Part shown: one piece after another, positions 10,109-19,628 of the stretch
Position numbering within the stretch: the stretch's first letter is position 1
Layout: the number at the start of each line of letters is the position of its first letter
NCBI GenBank assembly: GCA_963668675.2
Contig: CAXXMB010000002.1
Span: 1,952,001 to 2,016,000, forward strand
Reading direction: 5' to 3'
Source: an uncultured Desulfatitalea sp.
GTDB lineage: Bacteria; Desulfobacterota; Desulfobacteria; Desulfobacterales; Desulfosarcinaceae
Length of the DNA: 64,000 bases
Position numbers and translations under genes: made by a program
Notes under the pieces: generated by a model
Databases searched by the model: none
What the model was told of the DNA's origin: nothing
Seen by the model: the letters and a program-made list of their open reading frames with translations, nothing else

Positions 10109-10267
10109 ATGGCATATCCATTCGAGCCGAGAAGCAACCGTGGGAGGTTGACCGGCAAGCGTAAGACTGAAAATGCGCTTGGTAAGGATAACAGGAAAGA
10201 ACGTCATACCCGCATCAGTCGAAAAACCTGCCGCAAGAGATCCATTCCTGAACCAGCGAGCAAGTGA
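10109..10267 (+). CDS. Small basic hypothetical protein (52 aa)
   Basis: GGAGGTGAGG upstream of ATG 10109; MAYPFEPRSNRGRLTGKRK...; fills the gap within the operon. Confidence 0.35.
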   Translation: MAYPFEPRSNRGRLTGKRKTENALGKDNRKERHTRISRKTCRKRSIPEPASK

Positions 10268-10341
10268 ATCTTCTTATAGTTATCCCGTCTGTGTGAACGA
10301 TCATAATCAACTTTACTTCGATTTCAAAAAAGGAGATCTAT

Positions 10342-11268
10342 ATGCAAAAACTTACCACTCTTGAGAAAGTGTTCGATCGTGTGGATGTGATGTCGGCCGC
10401 CTGCTATGACGATAACATCAACGTGCCGGACATATCGTTTGATAACCTGGAGACTGTGCGCATCGCCGGTGAACCCCATCCGTTAAGACCTGTGGCGCAG
10501 CGATCCATATCAAATCGGCTGGGAATCCCTTATCCGTATTTGACCAGGTGCCCGAGCGATGTGCAGGCGCTGAACCTGAACCATTGGATCCAGCATGAGA
10601 AAAATGACCAGTTGTTGTTTCGCTTTGATGGTGAGGCGGTCAGGGCAGTGTTTACGACCAAGTATATTCCCGTAGACAACTTTGAGGTGATGGAGCGGTT
10701 GGATTCTCTGGGATATAAGCCGGAGACTCAAGTCCAGTGTCATCTTGATCCGGAGTTCATGTCATTGAGTATCCCTGATGGTCAGAAGGCGTTCGATATT
10801 AACGGTGACAAATTCAAACCGGGCATCTCGATATCCAACTCTGAAGTGGGGCTGGCGTCGCTTTCCATTGCGGCATTCGTTTTGCGGTTGATCTGCACCA
10901 ATGGACTGGTTGCCAAGTCGGATGTATCGGCGTCGTATCGTCATGTTTCCACCAAAATCCTGAATGAGTTTCCTCAGGTGATGGATAAGGTGTCATTGGA
11001 GTTGGGCGCTCAGCGGCAGCAGTTCAAGTTATCGATGGAATCGCCTGTCGATGAGCCATCTGCGACTCTGGCCAGTTTTAATCGTCAGTTTGGCTTAAAT
11101 GGTGGTGAGAAGGATGCTGTGGAATGGGCCTGGCCCCAGGAAGCGGGTGAAACCATGTTTCATGTGGTCAATACGTATACCCGGGCAGCACAGATGGAGG
11201 CATTACCGGCGGAGTCCAGTTTCAGGTTGAGTCGGGTTGGCGGGAATATATTGGGGATGTTGAACTGA
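10342..11268 (+). CDS. DUF932 family phage/plasmid-like protein
   Basis: PGISISNSEVGLASLSIAAFVLRLICTNGLV...YRH motif; AAGGAG RBS. Confidence 0.82.
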   Translation: MQKLTTLEKVFDRVDVMSAACYDDNINVPDISFDNLETVRIAGEPHPLRPVAQRSISNRLGIPYPYLTRCPSDVQALNLNHWIQHEKNDQLLFRFDGEAVRAVFTTKYIPVDNFEVMERLDSLGYKPETQVQCHLDPEFMSLSIPDGQKAFDINGDKFKPGISISNSEVGLASLSIAAFVLRLICTNGLVAKSDVSASYRHVSTKILNEFPQVMDKVSLELGAQRQQFKLSMESPVDEPSATLASFNRQFGLNGGEKDAVEWAWPQEAGETMFHVVNTYTRAAQMEALPAESSFRLSRVGGNILGMLN

Positions 11269-11302
11269 GTTGGAATTTGGTTTGTTTTCTATGAAGTAGG
11301 AT

Positions 11303-11344
11303 ATGGCCCGGTGGGCTTGGAAAGGGTGCCGGGCCATTATTTTG
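11303..11344 (+). terminator. Putative intrinsic terminator
   Basis: ATGGCCCGG (11303-11311) / CCGGGCCAT (11329-11337) stem followed by TATTTT. Confidence 0.55.
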
Positions 11345-11474
11345 AAATAATTTTAATACTTGCGAGCTTAAGGAATAGGTATGCACTGCCAAAAAATGCC
11401 AAACTGTGGCCCCACCGACTCTTCCTTTGCCGTAATCAAATATATTCCGGAGTGATTGTCTCTGATAAAAAATT

Positions 11475-12113
11475 TCAGGATGGTTGCGCTAAAATACCCC
11501 GGCTAAAAATCTCATAAGCAGTTCCAAGCGTCGATTTCAAATGGTTTTTTTTATCATCCAAAATATTTTTGCTCGTCTCCCATAAGACGATACCGGAAAA
11601 AAGAGCCCCAAAGATATCTGCCAGCGCGAAGGGATTCTTCTTGATGAACAGGCCGGCATCAACACCCTCCTCGAAAATTTTAGCAATGGCAATGGTTGAG
11701 TAACGCGCCAGATTTGTTATCTCATCGAGCAAATCCTCTGGAAGATTTTTTAACGTCTGACTAGACTGCAGGTGATACATATTTATGGTAACCACGGGGT
11801 CATAATTATATACATCGATCAGTACATTTTTTAGCGCGTCAAGTTGTTGCATCTTACTTAAATTGCCTTGTTTTATAATATGAGAGATGCGCATATTTAA
11901 ATAATGGAAGACTCGCAAGGAAAGTGCAACGAATAACTCTTCCTTGTTCTTGAAGTAGAGGTACAACGTACCGAAACCCAATTCAGCCTCATTCGCAATA
12001 TTTTTTATCGTCGCATTAGTGAAACCTTTTTCATGAAAAACCCTTCTGGCAGCCACGATGATCTGATTTCGCCGTTGTTCCTTTTCTCTTTCCCTGCGAT
12101 CTTGGATTCCCAT
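11475..12113 (-). CDS. TetR/AcrR family transcriptional regulator
   Basis: [49 protein letters not shown]. Confidence 0.92.
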   Translation of the reverse strand: MGIQDRREREKEQRRNQIIVAARRVFHEKGFTNATIKNIANEAELGFGTLYLYFKNKEELFVALSLRVFHYLNMRISHIIKQGNLSKMQQLDALKNVLIDVYNYDPVVTINMYHLQSSQTLKNLPEDLLDEITNLARYSTIAIAKIFEEGVDAGLFIKKNPFALADIFGALFSGIVLWETSKNILDDKKNHLKSTLGTAYEIFSRGILAQPS

Positions 12114-12196
12114 TTTCTAAATATCCTAAAAGGAGATCTTACTTTTTGAGATAAGACAATCGAGAAAGCCTATTCAAATTCTACTACCGTTAAAGG

Positions 12197-12426
12197 GGGT
12201 TACGTAGCGCCATCAAAAAATCGACAACCTGTTTGATATAAATGAGACCATTTGCGTATAACCACTCGAAATGACAACCGGCCCAGGCCATTTTGAGTTC
12301 TATTTTGGACAACAGTGTAATCAAACCTCTGCTAAATATTCGTAACAGGCATCGGTGTTGCTGAAACCTTGGTCAAACTGGATTTCGGAATTGGGAAAAT
12401 CCCCCTATGCTCGTAGAGTCGGTCAT
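12197..12426 (-). pseudogene. Probable IS1595-family transposase remnant (frameshifted, internally deleted)
   Basis: AAAGGAGG RBS + ATG at 12426; after a frameshift reads DFPNSEIQFDQGFSNTDACYEYL, resembling IS1595 transposase N-termini. Confidence 0.45.
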
Positions 12427-12547
12427 GGTGGCCTCCTTTGATCTAATTGAGGCCAATATAGCAACCACTTGTGACAGATACGGTATGACCAATCCAGATT
12501 TTTATTATTCGGGTTTTGTGGATGACCGCGATTCTTTTTTCCTCAGT

Positions 12548-13117
12548 CTATTTTGTAGTTCGGTAAATCATGTCGACCACGGCTTTTCCAATGGACTTAG
12601 CCTCGCCAAGGGCCGTGCTCCGCGGGCCTGCGCCCGTCCCCTCTCGGACCGCTCCTTTTTCTAAACCGTACCCAATGCATCCGCCGACAGTGATCATCTG
12701 GTGGACTGTAAACCATGTACACATCAGAGCCAACACTTGTCCGGCACCGACCCGTCTTACCGCGACGGCAGCGGCAGCAACCTTCCCGCGCAATTTCCTC
12801 TTTTGATAGAGCGCGTAGGTCCGATCCATAATCGCCTTGGCCTGGGCGCTGACATTGATAAAGTACACCGGCGTACCGAAAATAATCCCATCCGAAGCTT
12901 CGAGTCTTTGATAGATTTCCTGCATGTCGTCCTCGATCACACATTGCCCATCATCGGAGCAACCGTTGCAGGCGTTGCACGGAAGGATCTGTTTGTCGGC
13001 CACCCGCACCAATTCGGTTTGGGCCCCTTTATCCCTGGCGGCGGCCAAAGCCTCCTCGACCAGTATTTCGGTGTTCCCCCCTGTTCGAGGACTGCATACC
13101 AGACCTATAATTTTCAT
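12548..13117 (-). CDS. Flavodoxin family / iron-sulfur flavoprotein
   Basis: SPRTGGNT, CNACNGC...C.IEDDM, GTPVYF. Confidence 0.9.
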   Translation of the reverse strand: MKIIGLVCSPRTGGNTEILVEEALAAARDKGAQTELVRVADKQILPCNACNGCSDDGQCVIEDDMQEIYQRLEASDGIIFGTPVYFINVSAQAKAIMDRTYALYQKRKLRGKVAAAAVAVRRVGAGQVLALMCTWFTVHQMITVGGCIGYGLEKGAVREGTGAGPRSTALGEAKSIGKAVVDMIYRTTK

Positions 13118-13285
13118 CGATATTTTCCTTTTGTGAAAATTAGAAGTCGTTCAACCGAGATTGGCCTCTTTGTCATATCGATTCATTGGATTTTTCTTTA
13201 ATCTTAAAGTGGGATCTTAATTTTCAAATATCATATCGTACCACTGCTATCCAAGACCTGTGAATGGCAGTAGATGTCTGACAGG

Positions 13286-13373
13286 TTGAAGATTTCTTTG
13301 CCACCCGCATCTTTCAGGTTCAGGGCAATGCTCTTTTTTCCACTGTTAAGCAAACCAAAGAGCGGAAAAGGAT
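13286..13373 (-). repeat. 88-bp copy of an internal segment of the CoA-transferase gene (partner 20506-20593)
   Basis: Direct comparison gives 3 mismatches in 88 bp. Confidence 0.9.
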
Positions 13374-13419
13374 CATTTTGTGACGTCAACTCTCCACTTT
13401 CTTCTTGGTTCTATTTTAA

Positions 13420-14586
13420 TTACTTGACCAGTATGTGAACCCCTGCGACAACAGGGGATGCGATTCCTGATAGGACACCACCAAGCATTTGCGCCATCCC
13501 GACTTTCGCTCCTTCCACCTGATTAGGAGCTTCTCCCCAAAGCTGGCGCGCAATGTCAATCACAACACGGACTCCTGATGCCCCCAAAGGGTGACCCATG
13601 GATAGCAATCCGCCGCTAGGGTTTACAGGGCACCGCCCACCCATCTCTACAGCGCCGGAACGCGCCAGTGAAACACCTTCCCCAGCGTCGCAGAGACCAA
13701 GCATCTCGTAAGCCGACAGCTCCTCCCCTGAGAAGGCATCGTGCATTTCGACCACATTGATATCCTTTTGTGGGTTTACGCCGGCCATTTCACATGCATC
13801 TTTCACGCCCATGATATTGGCCTCTAAAGACAGAGGGTCGAAAGAGGAGTCATGCGCGCCGCTGACAGAAATGACCGACCCTCCGATTTTGACCGGCGCA
13901 CGATGTGCTTTCTTGTTATTCTTTTTGAAATATTCCTCTGAGCAAAGGATAACAGCAGCTGCGCCATCGCTTTGCGGGCAACACTGCAACACCGTAATCG
14001 GATCGGCAATCATGGGAGATTTCATGATTTCTTGAAAGGAAACTTCCTTTTTATACTGCGAATACGGATTGGTCATACCGTTTTTGTGATTTTTGATGGA
14101 GGGATAGCAAATATCTTGGAGTGTCGCACCGCGTTCCTGGATCAAGCGATTGCATAACATTGCGAAAAATGAGGGCATGGTCAGCCCTGATTTTGCGTCC
14201 AAGTCGCCTTCGATGCCAATCAATCCTTTGCCGAATTTTTTGTTATAAGCGGATAGCGACTCGACACCCAATGCGAGACCCACATCGCAGCCACCCAAGG
14301 CGATTTCGCGGAACAGTAGATGTACCGCACTGGAGCCGCTGGCACAGGCATTTTCAACAGTATACATGGGGATCCGCCCGATGCCCAGGCGAATTAATGA
14401 AGATTCAACAACCGTTGGCGGACTGTGTATGCATCCGCAAAAAGCCGTTTGAAATTCTTTTGGAGAGATGCCGGCATCTCTGACGGAGGCCAGTGTCGCG
14501 GCAGCCGCTAAATCATTAACTGTCATGTCTGCATGCCTGCCGAAAACAGTTTGTCCGATTCCAAGAACATATACGCTTCGCATCAT
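13420..14586 (-). CDS. Thiolase family protein (SCP2/BbsB-like type)
   Basis: VENACASGS, CCPQSDGAAA, EMHDAF, NPSGGLLSMGHPLGASG. Confidence 0.9.
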   Translation of the reverse strand: MMRSVYVLGIGQTVFGRHADMTVNDLAAAATLASVRDAGISPKEFQTAFCGCIHSPPTVVESSLIRLGIGRIPMYTVENACASGSSAVHLLFREIALGGCDVGLALGVESLSAYNKKFGKGLIGIEGDLDAKSGLTMPSFFAMLCNRLIQERGATLQDICYPSIKNHKNGMTNPYSQYKKEVSFQEIMKSPMIADPITVLQCCPQSDGAAAVILCSEEYFKKNNKKAHRAPVKIGGSVISVSGAHDSSFDPLSLEANIMGVKDACEMAGVNPQKDINVVEMHDAFSGEELSAYEMLGLCDAGEGVSLARSGAVEMGGRCPVNPSGGLLSMGHPLGASGVRVVIDIARQLWGEAPNQVEGAKVGMAQMLGGVLSGIASPVVAGVHILVK

Positions 14587-14993
14587 TCCGCACCTCCGAC
14601 ATCTGTCTTAATAGGCTCATAGTAATAGCCCATGACCTCTGTTCCATCTTTTTCGGTCCAAAGGACGCCTGTTTTCATGGTCATCAGAATGCCGGTTTTG
14701 ATCTCATCGGGGGCGGCATGAATCTGACCAAATATGCGGGTACCTTCGGGGAGGTCTACGAAACCTGCGACAATCGGTGGTTTATAGGGTCCGACTGGAA
14801 CCCTGGTAATTGAAAAAGAAAACAACGTACCCGTTCGGCTGAGAGGCACCATTTCGCCGTTTTCGGATGAACAGAACGGGCAAAGCTCGGTCACGGGAAA
14901 GGAAGTTTTTCCACAGGAACTGCACTTTCGGCCGATCTGGACCCAACGACCGTTTCTTTCTTCCATCACGCCAGGGTGAAATATAATGGTCAT
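14583..14993 (-). CDS. DUF35 Zn-ribbon/OB-fold thiolase partner
   Basis: CSSCG..SFP...CPFC, GTLFSFS, VDLPEG; overlaps thiolase start. Confidence 0.88.
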   Translation of the reverse strand: MTIIFHPGVMEERNGRWVQIGRKCSSCGKTSFPVTELCPFCSSENGEMVPLSRTGTLFSFSITRVPVGPYKPPIVAGFVDLPEGTRIFGQIHAAPDEIKTGILMTMKTGVLWTEKDGTEVMGYYYEPIKTDVGGAE

Positions 14994-15014
14994 TTGATTC
15001 ACCTCCACATTTCA

Positions 15015-15797
15015 TCATTTTCCTTTAAATGCGGCTTGCCTTTTTTCCATAAAGGCGCTCATACCCTCTTTTTGATCTTCGGTGGAAAAAAGAATTTCAA
15101 AGCAACGCATCTCATATGAAAGAGCGCTTCTAAGGTCCATATTTATGCCCTGATTAATTGCTGATTTGAGCATTTTTAGGGCAAAAGCAGGACGCTCAAC
15201 GAATTTCTGGGCCATTTTTTTTGCTTCCGGAAGCAGTTGCTCAACGGAGGTGACCTTATTCACCAATCCTATTCGAAAGGCCTCAACAGCATCTATCGGA
15301 TCGCCGGAATATAGCAGTTCCTTTGCCCGGCCGATTCCCACAAGACGAGGTAAGCGTTGTGTCCCACCTCCTGCGGGGATCACCCCAATTTTAATTTCCG
15401 GCTGGCCGAAGAGGGCGTTTTCGGCGGCAATTCTGATATCGCACGCTAATGCAAGCTCGCACCCGCCGCCCAAAGCCGGTCCACAGACGGCAGCAATGGT
15501 CGGCTTATTTAAATTTTCTATTTTGTTGAACATTACTTCGCTGGTACGAAAAAACGCATGAACGGCCACTGGTGAATTCAAGCCTTTGATCTCTTTAATG
15601 TCGGCACCGGCGCCAAATAGCCTTTCATTGCCGGTGATGATAACCGCGCCAATGCTTTCATCCTCGGCAATCGCGTCCATGACCTGACCCATTTCATTGA
15701 TCATTTTTTGATTGAGAGCATTCAATCTGTCCGGCCGGTTAAGTCTTATAAAGGCAATATTGTTGACCGTTTCAAACAAAATGGTTTCAAAATTCAT
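15015..15797 (-). CDS. Enoyl-CoA hydratase (crotonase family)
   Basis: NRPDRLNAL, AGADIKE, GGGCELALACD, GQPEIKIGVIPAGGGTQRL. Confidence 0.93.
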   Translation of the reverse strand: MNFETILFETVNNIAFIRLNRPDRLNALNQKMINEMGQVMDAIAEDESIGAVIITGNERLFGAGADIKEIKGLNSPVAVHAFFRTSEVMFNKIENLNKPTIAAVCGPALGGGCELALACDIRIAAENALFGQPEIKIGVIPAGGGTQRLPRLVGIGRAKELLYSGDPIDAVEAFRIGLVNKVTSVEQLLPEAKKMAQKFVERPAFALKMLKSAINQGINMDLRSALSYEMRCFEILFSTEDQKEGMSAFMEKRQAAFKGK

Positions 15798-15835
15798 TCT
15801 GAACACCTCTCTGTAGAACCGATATGAATGGGAGT

Positions 15836-16603
15836 TTACTTGGCTGCCATTCGCAATGAACCATCCAGGCGGATCGTTTCTCCATTCAACATCGGGTTGT
15901 CGACGATGTGCTTAGCTAACAAGGCATATTCTCTTGGTAGGCCCAATCGTTTCGGGAAGGGTACCATTCTCCCTAAGGCGTTTCTGACTTCCTGCTTCAA
16001 ACCTGCCAACATGGGGGTGTCGAAAAGGCCGGGGGCAATGGTATTGATCCGAATTCCATATTCGGCGAATTCGCGTGCGATCGGCAGGGTCATCCCGACT
16101 ACGGCGGCCTTTGAAGCGCTGTAGGCGGCCTGACCGATCTGCCCATCAAATGCCGCTGCCGAAGCGGTATTGATGACAACGCCTCTTTCGCCATCCTCTT
16201 GGGGTTTGTTCATTAGCATTTTGGCCGCCGCCCGGGCGACCACGATCATTGTCCCCACGAGGTTGATATCGATCACTTTTCTGAAACTGGCGATTGAGAG
16301 CGGACCGTTTTTGCCGATCACTTTGGCCGGTGTTCCGGTGCCGGCACAATTGATGGCGATGTGAATTGCACCAAATTTTTCCATTGTGAGATTCAGGGCG
16401 TTTTCAACCTCATTTTCGTCCGTAACATCGGTTTTGCAGAAGAGGGCATCTTTGCCGAGTTCATTTGCCAGCCTGTTCCCGTTGTCCTCGGAAAGATCCA
16501 GGAGCGCCGCCTTAGAACCGTTCTCCACAAACATCCGTGCGCAAGCCTCACCGAGTCCGGATGCGCCTCCCGTGACGACGACCACTTTATTTGCGAGCAT
16601 CAT
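15836..16603 (-). CDS. 3-hydroxyacyl-CoA dehydrogenase type 2 (SDR)
   Basis: TGGASGLG, NCAG, GERGVVINTAS, YSASK, GETIRLDG. Confidence 0.92.
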   Translation of the reverse strand: MMLANKVVVVTGGASGLGEACARMFVENGSKAALLDLSEDNGNRLANELGKDALFCKTDVTDENEVENALNLTMEKFGAIHIAINCAGTGTPAKVIGKNGPLSIASFRKVIDINLVGTMIVVARAAAKMLMNKPQEDGERGVVINTASAAAFDGQIGQAAYSASKAAVVGMTLPIAREFAEYGIRINTIAPGLFDTPMLAGLKQEVRNALGRMVPFPKRLGLPREYALLAKHIVDNPMLNGETIRLDGSLRMAAK

Positions 16604-16617
16604 TTGCAATTTCCTCC

Positions 16618-17775
16618 CTATTTGTTGTGTTTTCCGGATAGAATCCTTCCGATGATCAGGCGCTGGATCTCAGAGGTGCCTTCGACGATCTGAAGGATTT
16701 TAACTCCTTTGTAGTAGCGCGAAATCGGATATTCTTCCATCAGGCCATTTCCGCCGTGAATCTCAAGTGCATCGCTGGCCACTTTTTCTGCAATTTCCGA
16801 TGCGAAAAGTTTTGCTGCGGAGGCTTCAAAGTCGTATGGTCTGCCCTGGTCTTTGAGCCATGCGGCTTTAAGGTATTGGTTTCTGGCCAGTTCGATCGAC
16901 ACAGCCATGTCGGCCAGCTTGAACTGGATCGCCTGAAAATCGAAAATTGGGCGCCCGAACTGCTTCCTCTCTTGAGCGTATTTTAGAGCTTCATTCAGGC
17001 AGGCTTGTGCCACACCCACGGCAATGGCGGCAATGCTGATGCGTCCAGTCTCCAGCACAGCTAAATGCTGTGCAAACCCCCGTTTGGGATCCCCAAGCAA
17101 ATTTTCTTTTGGCACGCGACAATCGGACAAAATGACTTCATGAGTAGCGGAACTGTTCCAAGCCATTTTTCTATAACGTTCCCCCAAGGTAAAACCTGGT
17201 GAGTTTTTGGGAACAATGAAAGTCGAAATGGTATCCGCTCTTTCTCCTTCTTTGACCCTGGCCGCCACGATAATCATGGAAGCATTCTCAAGACCGATAT
17301 TGGTTATAAACTGTTTTGTGCCATTGAGCACCCATTCACCATTTTTTAATTCGGCGGTGGCTTGAAGTGCCCCGGCATCGGAGCCCGAGTTCGGTTCCGT
17401 TAAACCAAAGGCCCCGATTTCTTTTCCCTGTGCCAAGGGAATTAGCCATTGTTGTTTTTGCTTTTCTGTGCCGAAAACCGCAATTTCTTGGGCAACTACG
17501 CTTGTCGTGACATCAAGAAGGCCGCCTAAGGCGCCATCAACCCGTGAAATTTCTTCAATACACAAGTGCATCGAAACCCAATCTCCGCCTGTACCCCCGT
17601 AAGCTTCGGGAAACGGAATGCCCATGAAGCCAAGTTCACCCATTTTTTTTATGATATCGTAGGGGTAGGCGCCTGTTCTTTCGATCTCCTCGGCAATAGG
17701 GGCGATCTCCTTCTGGGCAAAACGGCGTACTTCCCTACGAATCATCTCTTGTTCCGTTGTGAAATCGAAATTCAT
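16618..17775 (-). CDS. Acyl-CoA dehydrogenase
   Basis: FGLTEPNSGSD, GTKQFITN, ERKQFG, IHGGNG, IVEGTSEIQR. Confidence 0.94.
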   Translation of the reverse strand: MNFDFTTEQEMIRREVRRFAQKEIAPIAEEIERTGAYPYDIIKKMGELGFMGIPFPEAYGGTGGDWVSMHLCIEEISRVDGALGGLLDVTTSVVAQEIAVFGTEKQKQQWLIPLAQGKEIGAFGLTEPNSGSDAGALQATAELKNGEWVLNGTKQFITNIGLENASMIIVAARVKEGERADTISTFIVPKNSPGFTLGERYRKMAWNSSATHEVILSDCRVPKENLLGDPKRGFAQHLAVLETGRISIAAIAVGVAQACLNEALKYAQERKQFGRPIFDFQAIQFKLADMAVSIELARNQYLKAAWLKDQGRPYDFEASAAKLFASEIAEKVASDALEIHGGNGLMEEYPISRYYKGVKILQIVEGTSEIQRLIIGRILSGKHNK

Positions 17776-17865
17776 TCTAGATCTCCTCATAATGGGCCAT
17801 TGATAAATTATTTTACGTTTTGCAAGTAGCTTTTTTTGAATTGAAAAAAATTAACGCCTATAGAC

Positions 17866-19527
17866 TTAATTTATGAAGAAGTCTGTGTGTTGTGAGCGAA
17901 GGGTTTTTTTATCCAACTTGCCTACGCTGGTTTTAGGGAGTTGCTTCACAAAAACCACCTCGTCCGGAAGCTGCCATTTTGCAAACTGCTCGCCAATAGA
18001 ATCTAAGATGTCCTGCTTGCTGATTTTGCCCTCAGCATTCTCTCGTAAAACAACAAAGGCCACAGGGCGTTCCTGCCATTTTGGATGCGCAAGGCCGACG
18101 ACACAAGCCTCTTTGACATCCACATGACCCATGATAGCGTTTTCAAGATCAATGGAGGAAATCCATTCTCCACCACTTTTGATGACATCCTTGATCCTGT
18201 CTGTGATTTTAACATAACCATATTTGTCGATGGTCCCTGCATCACCGCTTTTCCAAAAGCCATCCTCAAAACACTCTTCGGTTCGGGGATCATTGTAATA
18301 ACTGGCCGTTATCCAGGGACCCCTGACAAGCAGTTCTCCAACCGTTTCTCCGTCGGCAGGGACTTGATTCCCATCTGGGCCAACTATTTTCAGATCGAGT
18401 CCCGGAACCAAAAGACCTTGTTTTTTTTGATTATTCCACTGTTCTTCCATGGACCAGCCCTTGATTGTCGGTTTAAAGGAATTTACCAAAACGAGAGGAG
18501 TCGTTTCTGTTGCGCCATAAGCGTGAACAATTTCCGCTTTTCCAAGTTCCCAGTACCCCCGCATCATCGACAGGGGCGGTTCCGTGGCACCGGAAACCAT
18601 GCGTAACCCTGTAAAATCAGGTTTTTTGGGTAAGGTGCGAATGTAATCGAGCATGGGCAAAAAGATTGCGGGCGCACCACTACTGAACGTCACCTTTTCC
18701 GAGATCATCAGGTCTACAAGGATGTCCGTGGTTTCCATAGTGTAGCGTCCTGGAAAGACTAGTTTTGCCCCGACCATGGGAGCGGATAGCCAGACGCCCC
18801 ATCCTTGACCATGAAACATCGGAACTATCTGCATGATCGTATCCTTTAGGCAGAGTCTCTGCGACATTACCATCATCATGGTGTGCAGATAGATGTTTCT
18901 GTGAGAATAATAAACACCCTTTGGTTTTCCTGTTGTTCCCGAAGTATAGCAGGCGCTGTATGCGGATTTTTCATTTACCATGGGCCATTCGAAATTAGAA
19001 TCTTCCTTTTCCAGAATTCTTTCGTAACTCAAAACGGGATGAAGGTTGGTTTTAATCTCATCTAATTTTTTTTCAGTAATAACCACAAAGCCCTTTACTG
19101 TCGGAATCTTGTCGGAAATGGACTCCATAAGCGGTAAAAGCGAGTCGCCTACGAACACAAATTTTGCTTCGCTGTGATTGATGACATAAGCCAAATCTAC
19201 AGGCGAAAGACGCAGGTTCAGTTGGAGCACTACGGCCCCTATCCCTGAAATCGCGAAATACAGTTCAAAGTGATGATGTGTGTTCCATTCCATCACTCCT
19301 ATGCGATCCCCCGGTTTTACGCCGAGACGGATAAGTGCATTCGCCATTTTCTTTATTCTCTCGTGGGCCTCTTTGTAATTGTAGCGGAAAAGCTTACCGT
19401 CTATTTGACGGGAAATCACCTCTACCTCTGGGAAGGTATTTGCCGCATATTTTATTATAGTCGAAGTATTGAGCTGATAATTGTCACCTGACGTTGATGC
19501 CATGCCGTTGATGATTGAATAGGTCAT
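17866..19527 (-). CDS. Acyl-CoA synthetase / fatty-acid-CoA ligase
   Basis: YTSGTTGKPKG, YGATET, SGD, KSGGEWISS, PKTSVGK. Confidence 0.94.
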   Translation of the reverse strand: MTYSIINGMASTSGDNYQLNTSTIIKYAANTFPEVEVISRQIDGKLFRYNYKEAHERIKKMANALIRLGVKPGDRIGVMEWNTHHHFELYFAISGIGAVVLQLNLRLSPVDLAYVINHSEAKFVFVGDSLLPLMESISDKIPTVKGFVVITEKKLDEIKTNLHPVLSYERILEKEDSNFEWPMVNEKSAYSACYTSGTTGKPKGVYYSHRNIYLHTMMMVMSQRLCLKDTIMQIVPMFHGQGWGVWLSAPMVGAKLVFPGRYTMETTDILVDLMISEKVTFSSGAPAIFLPMLDYIRTLPKKPDFTGLRMVSGATEPPLSMMRGYWELGKAEIVHAYGATETTPLVLVNSFKPTIKGWSMEEQWNNQKKQGLLVPGLDLKIVGPDGNQVPADGETVGELLVRGPWITASYYNDPRTEECFEDGFWKSGDAGTIDKYGYVKITDRIKDVIKSGGEWISSIDLENAIMGHVDVKEACVVGLAHPKWQERPVAFVVLRENAEGKISKQDILDSIGEQFAKWQLPDEVVFVKQLPKTSVGKLDKKTLRSQHTDFFIN

Positions 19528-19628
19528 TTTTTGTCTCCTTTTTAAAGTTCTGAGTCAATGTTAATAGAAGTTCCCCCATGCATTAAATGGCCGCTCGTCG
19601 TAAAACGGTTCGTCATTTTAAATCAGCT

